The position numbers and the translations under genes were made by a program. Positions 16,239 to 26,508 of a stretch of DNA of 40,826 nt are shown in pieces; positions within the stretch are counted from its first letter, which is position 1, and every line of letters starts with the position of its first letter. The notes under the pieces are model-generated. The model searched no databases. It was not told the origin of the DNA and worked only from the letters and a program-made list of their open reading frames with translations. The stretch comes from Acidimicrobiia bacterium (GTDB lineage Bacteria; Actinomycetota; Acidimicrobiia; Spongiisociales; UBA4744), in contig JANTGE010000003.1 of assembly GCA_024763085.1 (NCBI GenBank), forward strand, positions 1 through 40,826, written 5' to 3'.

Positions 16239-16276
16239 GACTTGCCGAGCCGTCCGACCGTGTCGAAACTATCACC

Positions 16277-17410
16277 ATGTTGCGATTCCTCACCGCCGGA
16301 GAGTCTCATGGTGTCGGACTCGTCACCATCGTCGACGGTCTGCCGGCTGGTCTTCGGTTCACCGCCGATGGGCTCGCCGGAGAGTTGGCACGGCGCCGGC
16401 AGGGATACGGCCGCGGACCGAGGATGCGGATCGAACGGGATGAGATCGAGATCATCGCCGGGATCCGGTTCGGCCTCACCACCGGCGCGCCCGTTGCGGT
16501 GGTCATCCGCAACACGGAAGCGGAACGGTGGAAGGACGAGTTGGACCCCGCTCCAGGAGGCAGGCCGAAGCGCCTCCTGACGACTCCCCGTCCCGGACAT
16601 GCCGACCTGCCCGGCATGCAGAAATACGACACCGGGGACGCCCGCCCGATCCTGGAGCGGGCCTCGGCCCGAGAGACCGCCGCAAGGGCGGTTGCCGGCT
16701 ATGCCGCCGAGGAACTCCTGGCGGCGCTCGGGGTGTCCGTCGTTGGCTCGGTCGTCCAGATTGGCGGCGAGACCGCCTCCCGGGCCGCCACCGTCGCGGA
16801 GCGGGAACTCATCGAAGCGTCGCCGACCAGATCCGTCGATGGTGCCGAGGCCATGATGATGGCGATCGACCGTGCCAAAGCCGACAGGGACACGCTGGGA
16901 GGAATCTTCGCGGTGGTAGCCGAAGGCGTACCCGCCGGACTCGGCTCTCACACCCAGTGGGACCGGCGACTCGACGGTCTGCTTGGACGGGCACTTCTGT
17001 CGATTCCCGCGGTGAAAGGCGTCGAGATCGGCGACGCGTTCGCCACGGCAGCGGGCCCCGGATCGGCGGCCCACGACGAGATCGACACCGATCGACGGCG
17101 CCTCTCCAACCGTGCAGGTGGCGTCGAGGGAGGAATGAGCAACGGCGAACCGATCGTGGTCAAAGCGGCGATGAAGCCTCTCTCGACGCTGATGCGCCCG
17201 CTTCGCACCGTGGACGTCGCAACCGGCGGGGCCGATGTGGCCTTCCGGGAGCGATCCGATGTCTGTGCCGTCCCGGCCGCGTCGGTCGTCGGCGAACACA
17301 TGGTGGCATGGACCCTTGCCGTGGCTTTCGTCGAGATGTTCGGAGGCGACACGATCACGGACGTGCAGGAGCGGGTCGCCGCCTACCGCGCGAGACTGGA
17401 CGAACGTTGA
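16277..17410 (+). CDS. aroC: Chorismate synthase
   Basis: MLRFLTAGESHG, RRRQGYGRGPRM, PRPGHADL, LERASARETAAR, NRAGGVEGGMSNG, ERSDVCAVP. Confidence 0.98.
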   Translation: MLRFLTAGESHGVGLVTIVDGLPAGLRFTADGLAGELARRRQGYGRGPRMRIERDEIEIIAGIRFGLTTGAPVAVVIRNTEAERWKDELDPAPGGRPKRLLTTPRPGHADLPGMQKYDTGDARPILERASARETAARAVAGYAAEELLAALGVSVVGSVVQIGGETASRAATVAERELIEASPTRSVDGAEAMMMAIDRAKADRDTLGGIFAVVAEGVPAGLGSHTQWDRRLDGLLGRALLSIPAVKGVEIGDAFATAAGPGSAAHDEIDTDRRRLSNRAGGVEGGMSNGEPIVVKAAMKPLSTLMRPLRTVDVATGGADVAFRERSDVCAVPAASVVGEHMVAWTLAVAFVEMFGGDTITDVQERVAAYRARLDER

Positions 17411-17898
17411 AACTCTGGCTGGTGGGGCTGATGGGGGCCGGCAAGAGCACCGTCGGACGCAGAGTCGCGGAACGGCTGTCGACGACCTTCGGCGACATAG
17501 ACGCCGAACTCGCAGCCAGATACGGGCCGATCGAGGAGCAGTTCCGCAACCAGGACCTGTTCCGTGAACGCGAACGAGCACTCGTCGAAGAGTGGGCAAG
17601 GTCAGAACATCCTGAAGTCGTCGCCTGCGGTGGGGGCTCCGTCCTGCACCCAGACGCCCGGGCGGCCATGAGAAGGTCCGGTGTCGTCGTATGGCTCCGA
17701 GCGGGGCCTTCGATCCTCGCCACACGCGCCGATCCGGAAGGCCGCCCCCTGCTGCAGCACGATGACCCGAGTGCGGTGCTGGGCGACCTCGAACAAGATC
17801 GGAGAGCCGCCTACGACGAAGCGGCCCACGTCATGGTCGATGCCGGGCGGCCGATCGAGGAAGTCGTCGATGAGGTGATGCAGGCATGCAGCGGCTGA
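17407..17898 (+). CDS. aroK: Shikimate kinase
   Basis: TTG start overlapping aroC stop; LWLVGLMGAGKSTVGR, FRERE, VACGGGSV, RPLL. Confidence 0.93.
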   Translation: MKLWLVGLMGAGKSTVGRRVAERLSTTFGDIDAELAARYGPIEEQFRNQDLFRERERALVEEWARSEHPEVVACGGGSVLHPDARAAMRRSGVVVWLRAGPSILATRADPEGRPLLQHDDPSAVLGDLEQDRRAAYDEAAHVMVDAGRPIEEVVDEVMQACSG

Positions 17899-18890
17899 CA
17901 GCGGGACACACCGAAGTCGTCATCGGCCGGCAGGTCGCTGTCGAATGCCTGCCCCAGCGGAGCGACCGGACCGGCGTCGTCGTGCTCGCCCAGCCGACCG
18001 TTGCGGCGACGGCTCAGGCGGTCGCGTCGGCGCACAGGGCTCCGGTTCTCGAGCTTCCCGATGGGGAGGCAGCGAAGCAACTGTCGGTCGTGGCATCCGT
18101 CGTCGAGCGGCTCGCGGAGCTGGGCCTCGACCGGCAAGGGGCCATCATCGGAGTCGGAGGTGGCGCTGCCACCGACACCACCGGGTTCGTCGGATCGGTC
18201 TACCTGCGTGGGATCGAGACGGCGTATGTACCGACCACGTTGCTTGCCGCAGTCGACGCAGCCATCGGCGGCAAGACGGCGGTGGACGCCACCGCGAAGA
18301 ACCTCATCGGGACGTTCTGGGAACCTGTCCGCGTGGCTGTCGACCTCGACATCCTCGAACGGTTGCCTGCCCACCTCGCCGCCGACGGATACGCGGAGAT
18401 CATCAAAGCCGCCATGATCGGTGGGGGACGCCTGTTCGACCTCCTCACCTCGGGCGCCGCGGTGGCCGAGGAGGTCATCTCCGAAGCGATTCAAGTCAAG
18501 GCGAGGATCGTAGAGAAGGATCTTCGAGAGCAGGGACTGAGAGCGGTGCTGAACTATGGCCACACGGTTGGCCATGCTTTCGAGGCGGCGGCCAATCTCC
18601 GTCACGGACACGCCGTCGCCATCGGCATGGAGATAGCTGCTGCCTTGAGTGAGGCACGGTTCGGATTTGATGGTCGCTCGATCCAATCCGGGCTGCTCGA
18701 CCGCTACCGGGTTCCGCGCTCGGTTCCGCAGGTTGGCTGGGATCAGCTCGTGCCGCTGCTGCGTCGCGACAAGAAGCGGACGGCCGGCCGTCTGCGGATG
18801 GTCTTGCTCGAGAGTGTCGGGCGCCCGGTCCTCGTCGAGGTCGACGAAGATGCGGTACGAGCGGTCGTCGAGCGATACACTGCCGTATGA
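17886..18890 (+). CDS. aroB: 3-dehydroquinate synthase
   Basis: DGEAAK, GVGGGAATD..GF, PTTLLAAVDAAIGGKT, LNYGHTVGHAFE, HGHAVAIGM, DKK. Confidence 0.96.
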   Translation: MQRLTAGHTEVVIGRQVAVECLPQRSDRTGVVVLAQPTVAATAQAVASAHRAPVLELPDGEAAKQLSVVASVVERLAELGLDRQGAIIGVGGGAATDTTGFVGSVYLRGIETAYVPTTLLAAVDAAIGGKTAVDATAKNLIGTFWEPVRVAVDLDILERLPAHLAADGYAEIIKAAMIGGGRLFDLLTSGAAVAEEVISEAIQVKARIVEKDLREQGLRAVLNYGHTVGHAFEAAANLRHGHAVAIGMEIAAALSEARFGFDGRSIQSGLLDRYRVPRSVPQVGWDQLVPLLRRDKKRTAGRLRMVLLESVGRPVLVEVDEDAVRAVVERYTAV

Positions 18891-19444
18891 TTTCGACGAA
18901 CGACGCCAGGCCGGGCATGGCCCTCGACCTTCCCGAAGGGCTGTTCGCCGTGCTCGAGTATCAGCATGTAAAACCGGGCAAAGGCAAGGCCTTCGTTCGG
19001 ATGAAGCTCAAGAATCTCGACACCGGAGCAGTCATCGACCGTACCTTCCGGGCAGGAGAGAACGTGCAACAAGCGGTCATCGACCGCCGGGAGCATCAGT
19101 TCCTCTACCGGGACGATCTCGGCTACCACTTCATGGACCTCGAAACGTACGCCCAGCTTGCAATCCCCGAAGAGGAGGTAGGCGAAGCCGCCGGCTACCT
19201 CGCCGACGGCCTCGTCGTGATCCTTCCCATGTATCAGGGAAACCCGATCAGCGTCGAGCTGCCTGCGTCCGTCGAGCTCGAGGTGGTCGAAGCCGAACCC
19301 GGGGTCAAGGGAGACAGGGTCTCCGGAGCGACCAAACCGGTCACGCTCTCCACCGGACTCGTCGTGCAGGTGCCCCTTTTCGTAGAAGCAGGCGACGTCG
19401 TCAAAGTAGACACCCGGACCGGCGACTACATCACGAGGGTCTAG
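18887..19444 (+). CDS. efp: Elongation factor P
   Basis: HVKPGKGKAFVR, PGVKGD, VQVPLFV, KVDTRTGDY. Confidence 0.98.
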   Translation: MISTNDARPGMALDLPEGLFAVLEYQHVKPGKGKAFVRMKLKNLDTGAVIDRTFRAGENVQQAVIDRREHQFLYRDDLGYHFMDLETYAQLAIPEEEVGEAAGYLADGLVVILPMYQGNPISVELPASVELEVVEAEPGVKGDRVSGATKPVTLSTGLVVQVPLFVEAGDVVKVDTRTGDYITRV

Positions 19445-19446
19445 CC

Positions 19447-19797
19447 ATCGAAGCGAGAGCCCGCGCCGTGCAGGCGCTCTACGAAGCCGATCTTCGAGGC
19501 GGTGCGCCAGAGTTGAGCGACCTGCCACCCAAGGCTCGACGCCTGGTCGAGGGCACCCTCGAGCATCTTGCCGAACTCGACGCGGAGCTGGCCGCGACGT
19601 CGCGTCGCTGGCGGGTGGAGCGTATGGCACCGGTCGATCGGGCAATACTCCGGCTCGGACTCTATGAGCTGCGCCACGAAGCCACTCCGCCCGGCGTCGT
19701 CATCTCCGAGGCGGTCGATCTGGCAAAGACCTACTCGACCGACCGCAGCTCCGAATTCGTCAACGGGCTGCTTGCAACGCTCGCCGCCGACCGCTGA
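19447..19797 (+). CDS. nusB: Transcription antitermination factor NusB (start uncertain: ATC 19447 or GTG 19468)
   Basis: ARARAVQALYE, WRVERMAPVDRAILRLGLYEL, VVISEAVDLAKTYST..FVNGLL; follows efp. Confidence 0.93.
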   Translation: MEARARAVQALYEADLRGGAPELSDLPPKARRLVEGTLEHLAELDAELAATSRRWRVERMAPVDRAILRLGLYELRHEATPPGVVISEAVDLAKTYSTDRSSEFVNGLLATLAADR

Positions 19798-19816
19798 TCT
19801 GCTACGCTCGCCGAAA

Positions 19817-21340
<1,524 letters not shown>

Positions 21341-21348
<8 letters not shown>

Positions 21349-22588
21349 GATCACACTCATCAACGGGACGGTGTTGACCCCCGACGGAGCCGTCTCGGCC
21401 GACGTCGTCATCGACGGAGACACGGTGGCCGCCGTCGGCAGTGACGGAGAGCGTCGTGGTGAGGTGCTCGACTGCGCGGGAGCCTACGTCGGTCCGGGGT
21501 TCGTCGATGTACACGTGCACTTCCGGGAACCCGGCTTGGAATGGAAAGAAGACATCGCCAGCGGTTCCGCGGCGGCAGCGGCCGGTGGGTTCACCGCCGT
21601 GGTGACGATGCCGAACACGGATCCGGCAATCGACAGCGGCCACCTGGCCAGGTACATCCTCGACCGCGGGAGAGAGGTCGGCTTCGTGGAAGTTGTACCG
21701 GCAGGAGCGATCACGCTTGGGCGGGCCGGTAGCGCCCTGGCGCATCTCGACGAACTCTGGAACGCCGGTGTACGGATCTTCAGCGACGACGGCGACGCAG
21801 TCGCCGACGCCGGGCTGCTCCGAATGGCGATGGAGTACCTGGCGGACAGGGGCGGGGTCATCGCCGAGCACGCGGAAGACGCCGGCCTGACCCGGGACGG
21901 CCACATGCACGAAGGGTCCGTGTCGTCACGCCTCGGGATGGGCGGCATGCCCGCGTTGGCAGAGGAAACGATCGTGGCCCGCGACCTCCGGCTGGTCGAA
22001 TTGACCGGCTGCCGATACCACGTTCAACACGTTTCCACGGCAGGCACCGTCGAGCTGGTTCGGCGGGCCAAAGCAGCAGGTATGCCGGTGACCGCCGAGG
22101 CCACACCTCATCACCTCACGCTCGACCATCGGGCGGTCGAGTCGATGGATCCGGCGTACAAGATGTACCCCCCGCTGCGTACACCGGACGACCTCGAGGC
22201 CGTGCGTGAGGCGCTGCGTGACGGGGTCATCGACCTGGTAGCCACCGACCATGCCCCCCATGCGGCCCATGAGAAGGACGTTCCCTTCGAGCATGCCCCG
22301 AGGGGGATCATTGGACTGGAAACGGCAGCTGCGCTCGTCGCGCCCCTGCTCGACACGCAGACCCTGTTCGATCGGTTGTCGGTGGCTCCGGCTCGCCTCG
22401 CCGGACTGGAGCGTCACGGATGGTGGATAGAGCCAGGGGCGCCGGCCAATCTGGTGGTTTTCGACCCGGACACCAGCTGGACGGTGCAGAGGTTCCGATC
22501 CAAGTCGGAGAACTCGCCGTACTTGGGGAGCGAGCTCACCGGCGCCGTGCGCTACACGATCTTCGAAGGGGCGGTTACCCACCGATGA
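21341..22588 (+). CDS. pyrC: Dihydroorotase
   Basis: PGFVDVHVHFREPG, MPNTDP, FSDDG, YKMYPPLR, ATDHAPH, GIIGLET, SKSENSP. Confidence 0.96.
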
Positions 22589-23487
22589 ACATCACGGCCT
22601 CGGTTGGACCGCTCGACCTGAGAACACCGCTGGTAGCTGCTGCCGGCACCGTCGGTTCGGTTGTCGATGTGGCGCCTGTCGCTGCGTTCGAAGCCTACGG
22701 AGGGGCGGTAGCGAAGTCGGTCAGCGATGAGCCCTGGCCAGGCCGGGAACCGCCGAGAGTCGCTCCGATTGCCACGGGCATGCTGAACGCTATCGGGATC
22801 CAGAACCCTGGTATCGAGGCCTGGATGGAGGACGTGGCTCCGCATCTGGGCGACGTCGGGGTGCCCGTGTGGGCTTCTGCGGTCGGTACGAATCCCGGAG
22901 CGTTTGCGTCGGTTGCGCGGCGTTTCGAAGATGCCGGCGTCGCCGCCGTAGAAGTCAACCTCTCCTGTCCGAACCTCGACGGCCACGGCATCATCGCCCT
23001 CGACCCGGAAGCGTCCCGACGAGTGATCCGCGAGGTCGCCGACGCGGTGGAGCTCCCGGTAGGTGCGAAGCTGTCGCCGAACGCGCAAGACATCGTCGGT
23101 ATCGCAGAGGCGGTCGTCGAGGCAGGGGCGTCCTTCCTCACCTTGACCAACACCATCTGGGGCGCTGCCATCGATCTCGACACGATGACCCCGGTGCTGT
23201 CTGCCGGGAAGGGTGGCTACTCGGGTCCCGGGTTGAAACCGATCTCACTTCGGTGTGTCCTCGACGTGCATCGAGCCATGCCGACCGTCCCGATCGTCGG
23301 CACCGGGGGAGTGCAGACCGGTCGCGATGTCGTTGAGTATCTCCTCGCGGGAGCGTCGGCAGTCGGCATCGGAACCGTCCACTTCGCGGAGCCGAAGGCC
23401 GGGCGCCGCATTCTCAAAGAGACGGTGCGTCTGGCCCGTCGTATGGGTGCCGCAACGCTTGGCGAACTGATCGGAGCGGCTGCGTGA
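22585..23487 (+). CDS. pyrD: Dihydroorotate dehydrogenase, class 1 catalytic subunit
   Basis: GMLNAIGIQNPG, EVNLSCPN, AKLSPN, LTNT, GGYSGPGLKP, VGTGGV. Confidence 0.94.
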   Translation: MNITASVGPLDLRTPLVAAAGTVGSVVDVAPVAAFEAYGGAVAKSVSDEPWPGREPPRVAPIATGMLNAIGIQNPGIEAWMEDVAPHLGDVGVPVWASAVGTNPGAFASVARRFEDAGVAAVEVNLSCPNLDGHGIIALDPEASRRVIREVADAVELPVGAKLSPNAQDIVGIAEAVVEAGASFLTLTNTIWGAAIDLDTMTPVLSAGKGGYSGPGLKPISLRCVLDVHRAMPTVPIVGTGGVQTGRDVVEYLLAGASAVGIGTVHFAEPKAGRRILKETVRLARRMGAATLGELIGAAA

Positions 23488-24161
23488 ACGCCAACCCTCT
23501 GATCGTTGCACTCGATGTTCCCACCGCCGAGGAGGCCGTCCTGCTCGCGAGGCGGCTCGCTCCGGCCGTCGGTGGGTTCAAAGTTGGACTGGAGTTGCTG
23601 TCCGGACCGGGACCGGCGACGGTCGCGGCGGTGGCGCGCCTCGGTAAGCCGGTGTTCATCGACGCGAAGCTCCATGACATACCGGCCACTGTCGGTCGGG
23701 CCGCCACGGCTCTGCGCCGCTTCGGCGGCCGCTGGCTCACCGTGCACGCGGCTGGAGGACCGGCCATGCTCGAGGCTGCGGTCGACGGGTTCGGTGACGG
23801 TGTCGTTGCGATCACGGTCCTGACGTCTCTCGACGACGCCACGCTCGCGAAGATGGGCTACCAGACCTCTGCCGGGAGACTCGTCGCTCGTCTGTCGAAG
23901 CTTGCCGCGGGTGCCGGTTGCGAAGGGGTGGTGGCTTCGGTACACGAACTTGGAGTCGTTCGTCAGGTCGCCCCCGACCTCACCGTGTTCACCCCTGGTA
24001 TCCGCCCGGAAGGTGCGGAGGTTGCCGACCAGAAGCGGGTCGCCACCCCGGGGGAGGCAACCCGCCGGGGAGCCGACTACCTCATCGTCGGCAGGCCGAT
24101 CACGAGGGCGGCCGACCCGCTCGCGGCAGCCGAATCCCTGCTGGTAGAGTGCCGTCCATGA
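23484..24161 (+). CDS. pyrF: Orotidine 5'-phosphate decarboxylase
   Basis: LIVALD, FKVGLEL, FIDAKLHDIPATV, TVLTSLD, TPGIRP, DQKRVATP, IVGRPIT. Confidence 0.97.
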   Translation: MNANPLIVALDVPTAEEAVLLARRLAPAVGGFKVGLELLSGPGPATVAAVARLGKPVFIDAKLHDIPATVGRAATALRRFGGRWLTVHAAGGPAMLEAAVDGFGDGVVAITVLTSLDDATLAKMGYQTSAGRLVARLSKLAAGAGCEGVVASVHELGVVRQVAPDLTVFTPGIRPEGAEVADQKRVATPGEATRRGADYLIVGRPITRAADPLAAAESLLVECRP

Positions 24162-24469
24162 CACCTCCTTCACTTTCCGACGAGCAGCGTGCCGCCGCTC
24201 TGGCCAAAGCTGCCGAGGTCCGCCGTGTCCGGGCCGAGGTGAAACAACTGCTCAAGATGGGGGCCATCTCGTTCGCCGAAGTGCTCGAACGTGCCGAACA
24301 AGACGAGATGGTCGCCGGCATCAAAGTCTATGCCGTGCTGTCCTCGCTTCCCGGGTTTGGGAAGGTGAGAGCCAAACGGCTCATGGAGCAACTCGACATC
24401 GCGGACAGCAGGAGGCTGCGTGGGCTCGGTCGGCGGCAGCGGGCAGGACTCCTCGAAACGCTCTCGTAG
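24158..24469 (+). CDS. mihF: Actinobacterial integration host factor (mIHF/sIHF)
   Basis: LSDEQRAAALAKAAEVRRVRAEVKQLLK...LPGFGKVRA..MEQLDIADSRRLRGLG..QR; between pyrF and gmk. Confidence 0.93.
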   Translation: MTPPSLSDEQRAAALAKAAEVRRVRAEVKQLLKMGAISFAEVLERAEQDEMVAGIKVYAVLSSLPGFGKVRAKRLMEQLDIADSRRLRGLGRRQRAGLLETLS

Positions 24470-25037
24470 CGGCCGGCTTCTCGTCGTCTCGGGACCTTCC
24501 GGAGTCGGCAAGACGACCGTCGTGCGCGCCCTCGCCGCGCGCCATCCACTCCACTTCTCGGTGTCGGTGACGACCCGTCCGCCCCGTCTCGGTGAACGCG
24601 ACGGGATCGACTACCGCTTCGTCACCGAAACAGAGTTCGACGAGATGCGCCGCCGCGGGGAACTGCTCGAATGGGCCGAATACAGCGGGTATCGATACGG
24701 TACGCCGCGAGCACCGGTGCTGGCGCATCTGGCCGCCGGAGAGGATGTCCTGCTCGACATCGAAGTCAAAGGGGCCATGCAGGTGAAAGCAGCGATGGCA
24801 GAAGCCGTCACCGTCTTTCTGGCTCCGCCGTCCGTTGCCGAACTGGAACGCCGACTCGCAGGGCGCGGCGACACCGACCCGACCCAGGTGTCGCGACGTC
24901 TCATCATCGCCCGATGGCAACTGGAGGTAGCTCCGAGGATCTTCGACCATGTCGTCGTCAACGACGACGTCGAAACCGCTGTCGAACAGATCGTGCGTAT
25001 ACTGGAACACCCCGAACCGAGAGAGAACCCATCATGA
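24420..25037 (+). CDS. gmk: Guanylate kinase (start uncertain)
   Basis: VVSGPSGVGKTT, SVSVTTRPPR.GERDGIDY.FV, LLEWAEY..YGTP, FLAPPS..ELERRL.GRG. Confidence 0.95.
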   Translation: MGSVGGSGQDSSKRSRSGRLLVVSGPSGVGKTTVVRALAARHPLHFSVSVTTRPPRLGERDGIDYRFVTETEFDEMRRRGELLEWAEYSGYRYGTPRAPVLAHLAAGEDVLLDIEVKGAMQVKAAMAEAVTVFLAPPSVAELERRLAGRGDTDPTQVSRRLIIARWQLEVAPRIFDHVVVNDDVETAVEQIVRILEHPEPRENPS

Positions 25038-25270
25038 TGCAACCACCGATCGAGGACCTGGTCGACGTCGCCGGAGGCCGCTTCGACCTCGTCGTCCTCG
25101 CCGCACGGAGGGCCCGACAGATCAACGCCTACTTCAACCAGCTCGGAGAAGGCATCGGCCACTATGTGCCACCGCAGGTGCACACGTTGAGCCACAAGCC
25201 GCTCACGATCGCGTTCGAGGAGATCGCCGCAGGGAAGGTCATCGCCGAGCGGACCGAAGAAGAAGCCTGA
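25034..25270 (+). CDS. rpoZ: RNA polymerase omega subunit
   Basis: PPIEDLV...RFDLVVLAARRARQINAYFNQLGEG...KPLTIAFEEIAAGK (actinobacterial type). Confidence 0.95.
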   Translation: MMQPPIEDLVDVAGGRFDLVVLAARRARQINAYFNQLGEGIGHYVPPQVHTLSHKPLTIAFEEIAAGKVIAERTEEEA

Positions 25271-25272
25271 AG

Positions 25273-26442
25273 GTGCTGGAGGGTCGCCGCATCCTCATCG
25301 CCGTCAGTGGTGGTATCGCCGCCTACAAGACCGCCTACCTGGTGCGAAGGCTCCGCGAAGAAGGAGCGGAGGTTCGCGTCGCGATGACGCAGGCAGCCGG
25401 CGAATTCGTCGGAGCGCAGACATTTGCCGCGTTGACCGAACATCCTGTCGCCGAGACACTCTTCGGCGCCGTGAGTCCCCACACGGAACTGGCTGCCTGG
25501 GCCGACGGCATCGTTGTCGCACCCGCCACGGCGACGCTGCTCGCCAAAGCGGCCAACGGTATCGGCGACGACCTCGTCACCGCTACGCTGCTCGCAGCTC
25601 GATCCCCGATCCTCTTCGCTCCGGCCATGCATACCGAGATGTGGGAGCATCCGGCGACCCGACGCAACGTCGCCACTCTCCTCGCCGACGGCAGACGAAT
25701 GGTCGGCCCCGACTCGGGAGCCCTCGCGGGTGATGATCGAGGGATTGGTCGAATGGCCGAACCCGAAGAGATCGTCGTGGCTCTCGACGCCATGCTGAAC
25801 CCGTCGCTGGCCGGGCGGCGTGTCGTCGTCACCGCCGGCGGGACCAGAGAGCCCATCGATCCGGTGCGCTACATCGGGAATCGGTCCACCGGCAAGATGG
25901 GGTACGCCATCGCAGAAGAAGCGGCACGACGGGACGCGGCCGTGACGCTCATCTCCGCATCCGCTCTGCCGGTGCCGCCACGTGTCGATCTCGTTCCGGT
26001 TGAGACGGCCCAGCAGATGCTCGAAGCCGTCACCAGGACCAGCAGCGACGCTGATGTACTCGTGATGGCTGCCGCCGTCGCCGACTTCCGACCTGCCGTT
26101 CTGGCCGAGGAGAAAATCCGACGCAGCGACGGTGTCCCGCAGATCGAACTGACGGCAAATCCCGACATCTTGGCATCGGTCACCTCCCAGGATCGCCGCC
26201 CATTCGTCGTCGGATTCGCCGCCGAAACGGGGTCGCTCGATCGTGCCGTCGACAAGGCGAAGAAGAAGGGCGTCGACGTGATGGTCGCCAATGACGTCAC
26301 GGCACCCGGATCTGGGTTCGGCACCGACACGAACCAGGTGACCGTCATCCACGATGGCCAGATCGACCGTTGGCCGATGTTGTCGAAACGCGACGTCGCG
26401 CACAGACTCTGGGATCTCATCGAGTCACAACTGGAGCCCTAG
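25273..26442 (+). CDS. coaBC: Bifunctional phosphopantothenoylcysteine decarboxylase/ligase CoaBC
   Basis: SGGIAAYK, VAPATA, APAMHTEMW, VTAGGTREPIDPVRYIGNRSTGKMG, AAAVADFRP, VGFAAET. Confidence 0.96.
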   Translation: MLEGRRILIAVSGGIAAYKTAYLVRRLREEGAEVRVAMTQAAGEFVGAQTFAALTEHPVAETLFGAVSPHTELAAWADGIVVAPATATLLAKAANGIGDDLVTATLLAARSPILFAPAMHTEMWEHPATRRNVATLLADGRRMVGPDSGALAGDDRGIGRMAEPEEIVVALDAMLNPSLAGRRVVVTAGGTREPIDPVRYIGNRSTGKMGYAIAEEAARRDAAVTLISASALPVPPRVDLVPVETAQQMLEAVTRTSSDADVLVMAAAVADFRPAVLAEEKIRRSDGVPQIELTANPDILASVTSQDRRPFVVGFAAETGSLDRAVDKAKKKGVDVMVANDVTAPGSGFGTDTNQVTVIHDGQIDRWPMLSKRDVAHRLWDLIESQLEP

Positions 26443-26496
26443 GCACCAGCAAGCGTCGATTGCATTTGTGTCCGTCGTTGACACCGCGAATGGCCG

Positions 26497-26502
26497 TATA
26501 CT
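26497..26502 (+). promoter_or_regulatory. -10 element TATACT of a probable leaderless metK promoter
   Basis: TATACT 6 nt before ATG 26509; no SD; TTGACA at 26478-83 with only a 13-nt spacer. Confidence 0.6.
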
Positions 26503-26508
26503 CGCCTG

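Noticed and set aside
16231-16260. TCAAG upstream of aroC as a fifth pilus-type promoter
   Set aside because: No RYCGA at the 15-nt spacing; TCAAG is the end of the preceding CDS.
5780-16276. Pilus cluster as a mobile genomic island
   Set aside because: No integrase, transposase, tRNA or flanking direct repeats seen; pil-aro adjacency is a known conserved arrangement.
26443-26508. SAM riboswitch upstream of metK
   Set aside because: No SAM-I/IV core recognisable, and the -10 box sits 6 nt from the ATG, implying no leader.
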